The notes beneath the pieces were generated by a model. It saw nothing but the letters and a program-made list of their open reading frames with translations. It searched no databases and was not told the origin of the DNA. A stretch of 32,508 bases of DNA from Folioceros fuciformis (Eukaryota): positions 1-32,508 of the forward strand of contig JBNGIO010005588.1 in assembly GCA_049999805.1 (NCBI GenBank), in the 5' to 3' direction. This document shows, one piece after another, positions 1 to 13,100 of the stretch. Every line of letters starts with the position of its first letter. The stretch's first letter is position 1. A program made the position numbers and the translations under genes.

Positions 1-1375
1 GGCGATGAGCGTGAGCGCAAAGGAAAGGAAAAACGGTTATATAAATTTAGCAAAAATGGTGCATATATGCAAGAGTTGAGTTGTTTGTTATAACTGATCA
101 TAAAATTACTAAAATGTATTTAACCTAACTATAAAGTAATATTAATTCCTTTACAACCTACCTATCGTGCAACTACCCCCAGCCTGCAAATTGCTCCATT
201 GCTTCAAATAGTTGATAATTTGCCTCATTGGAGGCAAATGCCATTTCTCGTATTCCTTTATATATATATAGAAAAGCATAGCTACCCCATGAGGTGCTAC
301 CACCGAGAGGACTTGCTTAGTGGAGATAGGACACTCTTGTATTTCTTTGTGATGGTCTTTATACATGTGCTTGGGACTGGCCAAGAAATAGGTGTCCCTG
401 CCCAACGACTAGGGTTGTTGGGCCGTTAAATGTTTGTTAGAACTAGTTATTCCTAAGTAAAGTGCTTAATACTTGTTTAGCAGCTAGTTAACCTAGGGTT
501 AATTACCAATTCGATTTAATGGCTACACAAAGTCATGTTAGTCTAAACATGTCTTCAACCTGCTTGTCTGTTCCGTTAGGAGAGTTTCGTTAGGCACCTT
601 CTCGATCGGTTCCTGCTGCCCCGTCCGGCTATGGCTAGAGGCGGCTTCGTTCCCATTAGCTACACACGTCGATTGGCCATGACAATGCTTGTGTCATGAG
701 GATTAGCAACATGGGAGATAAGTAGAACCACATACCATAATAGAAATCATGGGGAGAGCAAGGTACAAGCCAGCAAGGTAGATGAGAAGAGACAAACAAG
801 TGTACATTGCTCAAAATAGATAAAGGTCTTATACACACAAAAAACGGTTATGACGGTTATAGAAGCTATCAATTAACTAATAATAAAATCAAACCTAATA
901 TAAATGTATTTTAACTCACTATTATGTTTTAACAAATATTACATCTAAAAGCAAGCTATATTTCATTAATGGCCTTGCTCAAAGGAGAGCCCTCTCTAGC
1001 TTGTTTGTTGTTGTTACTGCTTACTCCGTTCCATATGTTGTCTACTTGTGGGGAAGGTGGCCTCCATAACTCTACTACTGCCTTTGATACCACCTCCTTT
1101 CCATATTTGTTTGTGGGTAAGCAAACCAATGTTAATCCTTCATTTTTTGGATTAGGTGCCATCTTTTAAAAAACCACTAAACATGTATATTAACGTAATT
1201 ATGAACTAATTATTATTTGTATACTTACCAAGATAATTTAATTATGGTGTAATTATTATTTGCATGCTTAATGACACGATAAACATTCCAATATATTACT
1301 TTTTCCTAATTTATTTTAAACCCTAGGGTTTTGTATCTCTACAATATATACCAAGTACCTAAGGTTGTGTTGGCT

Positions 1376-1475
1376 NNNNNNNNNNNNNNNNNNNNNNNNN
1401 NNNNNNNNNNNNNNNNNNNNNNNNNNNNNNNNNNNNNNNNNNNNNNNNNNNNNNNNNNNNNNNNNNNNNNNNNNN
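1376..1475. other. Assembly gap (100 N)
   Basis: Run of N directly abutting the 39-bp tandem array. Confidence 0.99.
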
Positions 1476-1790
1476 TTACGCCCTACCTATGAGATTTAGT
1501 GGTGTATCGTTTGCTTACGCCCAACCTGTGAGATTTAGTGGTGTATCGTTTGCTTACGCCCTACCTATGAGATTTAGTGGTGTATCGTTTGCTTACGCCC
1601 TACCTATGAGATTTAGTGGTGTATCGTTTGGCTACGCTCTACCTATGAGATTTAGTGGTGTATCGTTTGCTCACGCTCTACCTTTAAGGTTTAGTGGTCT
1701 ATCTTTTGCTTACGCCCTACCTTTGAGATTTAGTGGTCTATCTTTTGCTTGTGCCCTACCTTTGAGATTTAGTAGTCTATCTTGTACTTA
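1476..1790 (+). repeat. Tandem repeat, 39-bp unit, 8 visible copies
   Basis: Unit TTACGCCCTACCTATGAGATTTAGTGGTGTATCGTTTGC starts at 1476, 1515, 1554, 1593, 1632, 1671, 1710 and 1749, with no spacers. Confidence 0.97.
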
Positions 1791-1904
1791 TTGAATTTCG
1801 AGCTTCTCACAACACCCAAGGTTTCTTAACGTCCTTTAGGTCCTTGGATTTTCACTACAAGATAATTGCAAACCATCTTTATCAAAAGATCGGAAGATAA
1901 GTCC

Positions 1905-2425
1905 ATCTTTTAATATAGAACGAGGACTTGAGCTCAAGAGTAGTACTTGCGTTGACGTTTATAAACAGGTTTGAGTTCTTAAGTCACCAATGCTTGTAGT
2001 GATCTAGAGGCTATAGTACTTTCTGGGCCTCCTCTTTCAAGATGTGTTTCTCTCCATTGTTTATACTTTCAACAAGTAAGATAATATTGTTACTATTTTA
2101 GGATCATCCAAAGAACTATAGTGCTACACTTGTGTTATAGAGGATTGCACTGCATAAGAACATAAATCGTCCTTCAAGTATAGAACGAGGTCTTCAGCTC
2201 AAGGGTGTTACTTGCGGTGACTTGAGGTGAGGTTTATAAATAGGTTTGAGTTCTCAAGCTATCCATACTTGTGGTGACCTAGAGGCTCTACTACTTTGTG
2301 GGCCTCCTCTTTCTAGATGGGCTTCTCCCCATCATCTATACTTTGAACAATTAAGATACTATTGTTATTATTTTGTGGTCATCAAGAGAACTATAGAGCT
2401 AAGCTAGTGTTGTAGAGGACCGCAC
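1905..2425 (+). repeat. Diverged direct duplication of ~250-260 bp (copies ~1905-2150 and ~2170-2425)
   Basis: Shared blocks occur in the same order: TATAGAACGAGG..AGCTCAAG, TTTATAAA.AGGTTTGAGTTCT, CTAGAGGCT, GGGCCTCCTCTTTC, TATACTTT.AACAA.TAAGATA, AGAACTATAG.GCTA, TAGAGGA..GCAC. Confidence 0.9.
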
Positions 2426-2445
2426 CAAAAGTGACATCAAAGAAG

Positions 2446-4957
2446 ATGATGAACACGAAGGGGGGTGATGATATCATATACAATCATCCACCAACATCAT
2501 ATAATATAATTGATACTCAGCAAATGGGGATTCCAAGAAATGTGTCAATCCCAAGTGCGAGATATGTGTCAACTCCGAGCCCGAGAAATACGGTAACTCC
2601 AAGTGCCAAACCTATGTCAACTCCAAGTCCAATGAACGGATCCCAAGAAGGTAGGTTTACTAATTGCACTTCATGTCCATGATTATTCAATAATGGGAAC
2701 TAGGAAGAACATAAGCAATGTTAACATTGATCATGTAGGTGCAATGATGGGACCAGGTGGTTGTTTAAATACAACGATGCAACCATGTGGTTATATCAAT
2801 ACATATCCAACCAAAGAAATAAGGGAACCATGTGGTTATAATAATACACATCCAATGCATAATATGAGGGGTAATGTTCATATGAACATTGTAGAGCCAA
2901 TGAGGAGGCAAGCCCAACCCCATTTGGCAAGTCGTAACATAGCACCATCTCCATTGCCATTAAATCCAACCATGGAGCATGAATTGATGGCACCTCAACA
3001 GCGGCCATACATGATGAAACCTCAACAGTGTCCAGACATGATGGCACCTCAACAACCACCACACATGATGGCACCTCAACAACGACCATACATGATGGCA
3101 CCTCAACAGCAGCCAAAAATGATGGCACCTCAACAGCGGCCAGGCATGATGGCACCTCAACAGCGGCCAAAAATGATGGCACCTCAACAGCGGCCAGACA
3201 TGATGGCACCTCAACAACGACCAAACATGATGGCACCTCAACAACGACCATACATAATGGCAGCCCAACAACAACCATACAGGATGGCGCCCCAACTACC
3301 ACTAGACATGATGGCACCTCAACAACAACCATACATGATGACACCTCAACAACAACCACACATGATGGCACCCCAACTACCACCAAACATGATTGCACCT
3401 CCATACAGGATGACATCTCCACCTCATAACATAAGACCATCGGCGCAGAACATAGGAAGATCGGGTTCAATAACGGCGGGGAACATAAGACCATCGAATT
3501 CAATGATGGCAGGGAACATAAGACCATCGGCGCAGAACATAGGAGGATCGGTTTCAATAACGGCGAGGAAAATAAGACCATCGAATTCAATGATGGCAGG
3601 GAACATAAGACCATTGGCGCAGAACATAGGAGGATCGGGTTCAATAATGGCGGGGAACATAAGACCATCAAATTCAATCATGGCAGGGAACATAAGACCA
3701 TTGGGTTTAATAATGGCGGGGAATATAGGAGCATCGGGTTCAATGATGGCTAGGAACATAAGACCATCGAATTCAATGACGCCGGGGAACATAGGGCCAC
3801 CAGGTTCAATAACGGCAGAAAACATAAGACAATCGGGTTCGATGATGGTGGGGAACATAAGACCACCGAGTTTAATGATGGCGGGGAACATAGGAGCATC
3901 GGGATCAATGATGGCAAGGAAAATAAGACCGTCGAATGCAATGACGACGGGGAACATAAGAGCATCGGGTTCAATGATGGTCGGGAACATAAGACCGTCA
4001 AATTCAATGATGACGCAGAGCATAGGAGCATTAGGCTCAATGATGGCGGGTGCAACGATAAGGCAACCACAACAATGTAGCACGATGGCAAGTGATGATC
4101 AAAGCACACTACCAACACCAACAACATCAGTAGTGGCAAATGCGACCATGAGACAACCTGCATACATGATGGCAAGTCAAAACATAGAATCGAGAGCATT
4201 ACATCCAGAGAATTTGGAGAAGGGAGATACAATGTTGAAGCAGCCACCCCATGCCATAGAAAGTCAGGATAAAGTGGGCCAACCCCAACCTTCTATGATG
4301 CTAGGTCAAAGCCCACCAACATCCATATCTCATAAAGGTGGCAATATGGGCCAAGAAAAGGTAAGCAAGCAAAAATTAAAAAATTTAGAAATTGGTCCAT
4401 CATTGGTACTAGCAGCTAACATGGGCATTAATTCCACATTAAATGTTTGTCATGATTTCACAAAGATGGATCTAGAAGAAAATGATGACTTCAAAAGGAT
4501 ATACAAGGAACGTCAAGACATGATAGATTTTGAACAACATCTTGACGTCACCAAAAAGGGACAAGCAATTTCAACATATTGCAACATAACTGAAGTTCCA
4601 CCTCTCGAACTCCAAAGTTACAATATATCATATCTTCCTCCTTTGGATGCCTTGACTACCCAATGCGAAGAAGGTGCTTCACTCAAAGATCTTCACAATC
4701 AACAAAGAATTCTAGCAAGCCAACAACATATTGCAACCAAGGATGATCTTCAAACTCAACAAAAAATCACAAATGGACAACAAGACACATGTGAGAAAAT
4801 TCTTGAGCAACTAGCTTCATGCCACAATAACTCAAGTGGAAAAAAAAGACTATGTACAAAAACATCACATGCATCTAGTTCACACAAAAGTAAGAAAAGG
4901 AAACAAATCTTAGAAGAACATGGTTCATTGTTTGCACCATCTAAAGGAAGAGGCTAG
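2446..4957 (+). CDS. Orphan protein with Met/Pro/Gln-rich tandem repeats; probable exons 2446-2650 and 2739-4957, start uncertain
   Basis: 754-aa ORF at 2693-4957. A GT..AG intron at 2651-2738 (GAAG|GTAGGT ... TGTAG|GT, 88 nt) joins the upstream 2431-2682 ORF in frame. The frame stays open for ~300 non-repetitive codons after the repeats. No family recognised. Confidence 0.6.
2986..3410 (+). repeat. Coding tandem repeat, 27 bp / 9 aa (MMAPQQ[RQP]Px), ~15 copies
   Basis: ATGATGGCACCTCAACA(G/A)C(G/A).CCA... is repeated in register. Confidence 0.95.
3425..4055 (+). repeat. Coding tandem repeat, mostly 33 bp / 11 aa (MMAGNIRPSNS / MMAGNIGASGS), with a higher-order unit containing AQNIG
   Basis: Repeated GGGAACATAAGACCATCG..TTCAATGATGGC blocks. 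Confidence 0.93.
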
Positions 4958-6511
4958 TTTCTCCTCTCTCTTTTTTCAACATTTTTCAATAATATCAATA
5001 AAATTATTTTCATGTTCCTCTCAAGATGTAGCACCTTATATTGATCAAAACATATTAATACTTGATACTTGTTTCTTAGCCCTAACACTAGCCTCTTCCT
5101 CCATCTCTTAAGATGAGGACTTGAAATCCAGTGTGGAGGATTTAGAGCTAGGAATCTTCCCCCTTTGTTTTTCTTTTATGCGTGCCATGCACAATCTTTT
5201 TCCAAATGCTCGAGGAGAACTACTTCTTAAGTTTTTTCAATCTTCATCGCCAACAACCTTACCATCATGGTGCAAGTTTGGGCTTGCTCCATGGCCAACT
5301 TGTGACCGTCTTGCCTCCGCACCCACGGCTATCACTGTACCTTAACTTTGATGTTGATGACTCCAGGTGTAGAACCACTTTTCAATGCAATCCTACTAGG
5401 TGCACATTTTACTATGGGTGGTGTAGTCGTAAGTTTCATTCCCATTCAAGTAGCCATGAATCACTCCCCTAGTTCTAAGCCAAGTTCTCTAGTGCCACTA
5501 CTATTGAAGGCTTGATGTGGGGACTGCTTCATTGATAGGGTAGGATTGGAATGTGCATGTGTATCATGTTTCCCTATCTCATCATATCCTAAACTATGCA
5601 TGGGTTCCTTATGTCATATTGTTCCTGTCCTACAACAAACCTATGCCATGGTATCTCTTTAATCTTATCGATAGATTTTGGCTTCAGGACTAGCCTTTGG
5701 TAGCTCGAGCATCTTTAGTGGTTTGTCTGAACTCTCTAGGGGTACATGGACTTCCCATCTTGTTTTCCTACGAACGTATGGTTGATTTCCAAATACATTA
5801 AAAATATAGATTAGGAAAAAAAATCTTTAAAATCGAAAAGATTCTTGTGCTTCATGCTTGTGAATGTACATAATTGGATGTATGTAATTTACCTAGAATT
5901 ACTGCAGTTAGAATCTAATTCTTTTGAAATATTAATTAGTATATATATATATACATATATACACACATGTGTAAATAATCTATTCTATGTCCTTAAAGTC
6001 TTTATGCCCACAACATTATTTCAAGAGGGTAGAATTAGATTACTTTTACATTTTTAACATATGATAATGATATTTTTAATTTTTTTAAAGATAATATTTG
6101 AAACAAAACATTTTTGTCCAAGTTGCGAGCAATGAGTTCCCAATATTAGCAAATCCATATGGGATCCATAATGTTCTTTTTAGCTTTACTTCTACTTTCA
6201 ATGATGGAAATAGAAAATAGAGGAGTAATATATAGCCGACCTCTAAATGAAAAAAATTGGATTTAATATGAGGTTTTAATTGAGGCTCAAGTGATGAATT
6301 CTTGAAATAGCAAATGTCTCTTTACTTTGAGTGAATCTCTTAGTGTAGGCGACTATATATTAGGGCTAAATATTGATTGATTATTTAATAATATATAATA
6401 TAAAGTTTATTTTAAAATAAAATATTAAATAAACAAAGTGTATACATAATAATATCTAATAACTTATCAAATTGAAGACTATATATTTTTCTAGTAAAAT
6501 TTTAAATCATA

Positions 6512-6530
6512 ATATATATATATATATATA
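6512..6530. repeat. (AT)n microsatellite; a second AT/AC run lies at ~5940-5968
   Basis: ATATATATATATATATATA within the AT-rich intergenic region. Confidence 0.85.
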
Positions 6531-7161
6531 AATTCCTAGCTACAAACTCCTAAGGTGGAAACTATAGCTCAAGCCCAATTGGGATTTGTGTGGATTCCAG
6601 CCTCTTCCTTTCCTTTGTAAGGAAAAAAAAAGTTAAAAAACATTAAGGAGTGTTATTGAATGTCATGCAATTCCAATGCACCAAGCTTACGAAATATGAG
6701 ACTTATGAAGTATGAGGTGTGGTAAAGTGTGGAGAAAAATATGTATTGAGTTATTGCAGCCAGGCTGAAGGAATACATTAGGGCAGGAGATGAAGGAAGT
6801 TGATGATCGTGAAGGAAGTAGAGCTGTGTAGCAGAGTAAGCTCTTGCGCTGTTGGGAGGTTTATCTTGTGTTTCAAGATCGAGTGGGGCGGGTGAGGCAT
6901 TTGTCGATGATGTTGTGCACAATCGATGGTGCACTTGATGCCAGCGCTGAGGCCGAGGACGTCGTTGGAAATGGTTGTTGGCGAAAGCAACTGGGTGGAG
7001 GATGTCTGTGTTTGTTGGCGGAGGCAAGTGGATGGAGAATGTTTGCTGGCAGAGGCAGATGGACGGATTGTGAAGAGGAGGTTGGGATGACACACTCATG
7101 ATCCGCGCGAGGGGGAGGAGGAGAGGGAGGAGGAGGTGGTGGAGGAGGAAGAGGGGCAGAG

Positions 7162-10100
7162 ATGGCGCAGGCGGGTGGAGATACGGTGTCGAAGCTGGCG
7201 CTAGCGGTGGCCCAGGTGGAGGTGATTGTGAGCGTTGCGCTGCAGAGGCCCCCGGATGCGCTCATCTGCTTCGATCTGCTGTCGGAGCTGGTGGAGATCG
7301 TGGATTCGGAGTCCAATGAGGCCATCCTACCCTGCCAGAGGAAGGCGGAGGATGCGCTGCAGGCGCTACTGGTGCTGGGATGCGGGCGGCCGGTGAGGCG
7401 GCTGGCGTCCGCGGCCCTGGTGCGGGTGATCGAGAAAGGGGACTCCATCTCGCTCTACTCGCGGGCCAGTAGTCTGCAGGGCTGGCTGTCGGAGAAGGCG
7501 GAGATCAAGAAGTTCGAGCCTACCACGGCGCTGGTGGGAGTCGCGCAGTGCCTGGGGGCGCTGTACCGGGCGTTCGGCAAGAAACTGGGGTCAGGGTTTC
7601 TGGAGACCACCAGCATTGTGGCCAAGCTGATGAAGCTGCCGGACGCCTCGGTGCGGCAGGCGGCCATGCAACTGCTGCTGGATGCGCTGCATNNNNNNNN
7701 NNNNNNNNNNNNNNNNNNNNNNNNNNNNNNNNNNNNNNNNNNNNNNNNNNNNNNNNNNNNNNNNNNNNNNNNNNNNNNNNNNNNNNNNNNNNGGCCGGCC
7801 CCGCGTACGCGGAGGCCTTGAAGGTCATCCAGAAGGCTGGGGGAGGGGACAAGGTTGCGGCTGTGAGAGCCCTGGCTGGGAGGTGCGTTGCGGAATTTGC
7901 GCTGGCGCGGGGACCGGGGCTGGCGGTTGCGGGGCTGGAGAGTTGTGCTGGTTTGTGCGTCAAGGCTTTCGATGATCCCGCGCAGGCCGTGAGGGATGGG
8001 TATGCGGCTGCGCTCGGGGCTCTGTTGGCCTTAGGGTTGAATCCGGAGGCTCAGGTGCAGCCGGTGAAGGGGAAGGGGTCTTCCACGCCACCCAAGGCTA
8101 TGGAAGGAGGTCTGCAGAAGTACCTGCTTTCACCCTTCACCAAGGGATCTGGCGCTAAGTTCAGGGACGTGAGGATTGGAATTACGATTGCTTGGGTGGC
8201 TTTCTTGCAAGGGATGCATTTGTCGCATGGGCATAGCGATTTCGAGCTTCAGACCTATGCAATGCAGGCGTTGAGTATGCTGGGTTCCGGTTCCAAGGCT
8301 GCTGGGGATCCACATGCCTTGGTTTGTGTCTTGTATATTATACGAGTTGGGGTCGTTGATCAGATGGGGGAGTTGGCGCAGAAGGATCTTCTGAAGCAGC
8401 TCACGGAGCAATTGAGGTCGGCGGATTGCAGCCCTTCCATGCTTGTTGTGGTGCTCAGGACCTTGTCGCACCTTTTGGTCACGCTGGGGGAAATATCATT
8501 TGATTTGCGGGGAGCTCTGGATCGTGCCATCTTGGATTTGCTGTCGCATAGTCATGCTCCGGTTCGTGTGGAAGCAGCGTTGACTCTTCGTGCATTGGCA
8601 GAGGTGGATCCTGTCTGTGTTAACAATCTCATGTCTTGCGGCCTCACTACTCTCCTGGCTATGCTTGACGTATTGGCGACCGAGAAGGGTGATCGGCTGA
8701 GGGCCGACATGGACATGCTGCACGGTCAGTCCGCGATGCTAGCAGCGTTGCTTATTGGGAGTCCCAAGCTTCTGCTTGGAATACCTCTCAGGCTGCCGTC
8801 AGCGATCTTGGACCTTGGCAGGAAGATAATTTTTCAGCTTGGCAGAAAGAATCTAGAGGCAAAGGAAGCAGGCTGGATGTTGGTCGGCTCGTTTGTGCTA
8901 TCCATGCCTACCGAGGCATTGGAGGAGTATGAGCATGAGCTCGTTTTCCTCTGGATGGTTGACTTTGGTGACCGAGTGGAAAATCAACTGAAGAAAGCTG
9001 AGGCCAATGTGGCTGGAGAGTTGGCCGGCTGGTCGGCTGCTGTCGAAGCTCTTAGGGCTTTTATCAAAAGCTATGTAGTTGCCAGACTGTCAGCTTCACG
9101 AGATACAGGTTTGGTGAAGGCTGTCATAGGCTTCCTCAGCCGTGCACTGCTGTACCTTTCATCCCCTTTGTCGCAACAAGCACCTGCTTCATTGAAGGCG
9201 GCAGTGGATAAATTCACTCTCAATATCTTAAGGGCGTTTCAGGCCGTGCCAGACCCTAATATCTACAAGAGCGACCATGCTACTCTATTGGCAATCTGTT
9301 CCCAGCCATTCAAAGATCCTTCATCTGCTGTCGCAAGCTCTTGCTTGAGAAGGCTGCTGGATCAGAGAGATGCGCACCTGGGGCCCTGGGTCTCTGGACG
9401 GGACTCATTTGTGGATGAACTTAGGGAGTTTGAAGGTGATTCTGATGGGCTATTGCCGTCTGTGTGGGATTCCGACCTCACTGTCTTTCCTCAAAGTCTT
9501 CCTTTGACAACTTTGCTTGTTGATGAGATGCTACTCTGCTTAGGAGTCCTCTTCGCTGCCCAAGACACAAAGAATAAACTGCTCGTGATTGAACTAGTTC
9601 AGAACTCGGCCAAGGCTGGCAAAAACAAGAACTGGCATGCTGCAAACATAACAAACATCTGTGTAGCTTTGCTTGGTGGTCTCAAAGGGGTTGCACTTTC
9701 CAGATCCCAGGGCCTCGATGCACAGGTTCAGCAGCAGCTCCAGGTTCTTCTGCAGGGTATACTGGCTGAAGAAGGATCTCTGGTGGCTCAACGTCGTGCT
9801 GCTGCCGAAGGGCTTGGCATTTTGGCTCGTACTGGAGGTGAAATTCGTATGACCAGGAGTCTGTTAGCAGACCTTGCAGCAGTACAGGAACCTACGTATA
9901 AAGCTTCAATTGCCTTTGCTCTGGGTTGCATTCATCGCAATGTAGGGGGCATGGCTTTATCAGCTCTGGTACCTGCCTCTGTCCAAGCACTGTATGCCCT
10001 TACCAAGGATACTAGAGACTCTCTCCACATATGGGCACTGCATGCGTTGTGCTTAACGGCCGATGCTGCCGGCCTGTCTTATGTTCCACATGTAAAAGAT

Positions 10101-13100
10101 TCTTTGGCTGTGGCTATGGATCTCTTGCTCTCTCAAGACCAAAGTGCTTTCGAGCTCTATGAAAGCATTGGTCGTCTGCTTAACGTGATTGTTGCCGTGC
10201 TTGGCCCTGAGCTGTCTCCTGGCAGTTCCCTTTTTGGTCGATGCAAGACTGTTCTTGCAGAAATAAGCACTAGCGAGGAGCCGGCAGCGCTGTTGGAATG
10301 CGTGCTTTATACGCAACAGCTGGTGTTATTTGCTCCTCAAGCTGTGCCGGTTCATACGCATGTGCGAACGCTCAGGCCTATATTGTCCTCAAGGCAGCCT
10401 TCGCTCCGTCTAGCAGCTGTTGCTACCTTGCGACATCTTACTGAAAGAGATTCTGCATCTGTTGTCAAGGAACGGATTGAGGAGGACCTTTTTGCCATGC
10501 TTGATAAGGAGACAGATGCAAAAATCATTTCTACAATTAGACTGACGTTAGAGAGATTACTTTCATCCTCGTGCCCGTATTTTCCCTCTCGCTGGCTGCA
10601 ACTTTGTAAAAATGTGGTCCTCTCGACACCAATAGCAGGAAGGTCTGCTGTTAACATTTCTCGTGACAGTGGGAATGCACAGACACATGCAGTGATGTCA
10701 TTGAATGATGATGAGGGCATGATTACTGGAGACCAAAGACCACAGAAGACTGAAATCCGAGCAGGTGAAGCTGAGCAGCCTCGCTATCCAACACGAGTCT
10801 TTGCTGCGGAGTGCCTTAGCCGTGTACCCCTCGCCGTTGGAGACGATCCCAGGCATTTTAACCTGACATCTGCAAAAGCACAACAAGCTGGGCCTCAGAC
10901 TGTGGATCAAGACTGGCTTGTCCTTTATCTTGGTGAACTTGTCACGTTAGCATTTCAGGTCGCCACTGGCACATTGGAGAGCCTGCGACCGTTGGGTGTC
11001 GCCCTTTTGGCAACAATCGTTGACAAGTTTGGGAAAACTGACGATCCGGACTTCAAGGATCATCTCCTGCTTGAACAATACCAGGCCCAGATAGTGTCAG
11101 CTATCCGAACGGCACTAGAGGCGTCTGCGGGTGCCTTACTCATGGGTGCTGGTGCAAGACTAGCTGCTAGATTTGTTACAAATGGCATGGCAGCTGGAGA
11201 TCGAGGAGTGCTGAATCGAGTAATCCACCTCCTGTCGCAGCCACTGTCCAGGTGGGATGATCATAGCTTTCCAGAGCATGCTGAATGGGTTGGCGTAAAG
11301 GTTCAGGTTGGACTTTTGGAAGCTCATGCAGCTGTTAAAAACTACGCCTTTGGAACCTGTAAAGAAGGTTTGCCTGGGTATGTTGACAGACAAGTCCTAC
11401 GCCCCCTGATAGGTGGAAACATACCTCTGCTTGCTCCACGTTGGGTTGAGTTGCTGAGGGACCATGTGGCTCTGGCTACGCACCTAGCATCAAAAGCTAA
11501 CCAGAAGTATCATGCTTCAATGGCAGGCATGCAATCACCAGCCATTGCGGCAGTGGTACAGCCCACTTTGGTGGAAGTTTGTCCCACAATTTTACAAGCC
11601 GTTTGTGTCGGTGCTGCTCCTGCCAACAGTCCAAGCACCACTCCTGGTAGTAGCGATGATGCTGATCCTGGGGAAAGTGTTAGGGCTGCCTATGTTAAGG
11701 GCCTGGAAATTGGGCCTGCAGATTATTCTGTTGTGTGGGCGGCAGCACTTGGTTTACTTCTGTTTAGGACTAGGAAAGACAGGAATCAGCGAACTTCTGC
11801 TGTTTTTAGCAGCATGCCTTCGCTGACTCACAAGGTTCTCTGGAGCTCCACTTCTGGAGTGGCTTCTGATGCTCAGGTTGCTTTGCAAGTGCTTGGTTGT
11901 CTATGTACCAGGGGATTCTACTCAAACGATATGTTGTCAGTTGACCTCAGCAAGGAGCTTCTGCAGATCCTGTTGTACGCTGGCTTCCACAAGAACTACT
12001 TGCCTCCAGGTGCTGTAATACAGCTCGTGAACAGGATACTGACTTGTGCTCCAGACAGCTATGTACAAGAGGGGAGTTTCGTGGCAGCTGAGATATGCAT
12101 GGGTTATGTTCATCAAATTGTTGGGGGTGCTTCTTGGGGAATGGATGCCCTTGAAGTAAACATGATAGTTGCATCTGCATTGCAAGCAATGGCTAATATA
12201 GCCGGCAGAGTGAATGCGGGAGTCCAGGCATACTTGCTCCCATTGCTTCTTGATGGGGCTCTGAACATTCTAACTACAGGGTCAATGAGAGGAGATATCT
12301 TCCTTGGTGCATTGAGTTTCCTGGCAAGATTGGCCATGATTGCAGCAGAGGCTGGCAATGACTCTGAGGGATCTCCAGCTTCGAACAGGAAAGCATTACT
12401 TGCTGCAGGAGTGGAGAGTCTTGCCCAGCTGTTTACTGTATGTATTGGACAAACTGGAGACCCAGATGACAAGCAGCTTCTGCAACTGTTGGGAGTCATA
12501 GCCGGCATGGGATCATCTCTTTCAGGGACTGCAGCTGGAGAAGAAGGCTTAGAAAGGGCAGCTCAATCTCGAGGCATCTACTGCATACTTCAGGCTTTCT
12601 CAAGTTCCAGTGTAGCAGGACAGATGGCAGCACTGCAGACTGTGAGGACAATTTGTCAAGCTGGTATCGGTGACCAGGCAAAGGGCCAGAATCCTGTCTG
12701 GGCGCTTCTCCTGGTTCGTGTGCTAGGTGTTGTAATCACAACCTTTGTGCACGATACAATACAGACGAAAATGACAACTCCCACAGTCGGTGTTGTTAGT
12801 GAGAGCTTGAAGGTTCTTGTGCTGTTGCACTCGTTAGTACAGGGGGATGAAGTCCAACAAGAGGTGCTACATCTGCTTCTCCCCATCATGATTGCTGTGT
12901 CTTCTGTGGCCGCTGTTGATGGCAACTCGCAGGATGTGACAACACTTACGAATGTTGCAGTGAAGCTCGTCACTCGCCTTGCATCCGTTCCGTCATACGC
13001 AACTCAGTTCAAGACGGTGTTGGCTGAGCTGCCCCTGGAGTCCAGGCAGAGGCTCCAGGTGATTATCAGAGCTTCAGTAGGACACAGCTCTGCACCAGCT

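Noticed and set aside
1..1300. Short ORFs (151-405, 656-838, 956-1162) as exons of a minus-strand gene
   Set aside because: Some donor-like motifs are present, but I could not build a consistent spliced frame or recognise a domain.
1318..1331. AAACCCTAGGGTTT palindrome as a telomere-fusion scar
   Set aside because: There is only one unit on each side, which is too short to interpret.
1476..1790. CRISPR array, or the 101-aa ORF at 1489-1794
   Set aside because: The units are contiguous with no unique spacers, there are no cas genes and the context is eukaryotic. The ORF is a by-product of a stop-free 39-nt unit.
2796..4247. Overlapping antisense and alternative-frame ORFs (293, 219, 165, 133 and 111 aa)
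   Set aside because: These are shadows of the 27/33-nt repeats and close soon after the repeats end.
7548..7821. Frameshift or split gene in SWEETIE
   Set aside because: The frame change falls in a 100-N placeholder gap, and recalled homology suggests only a few codons are missing.
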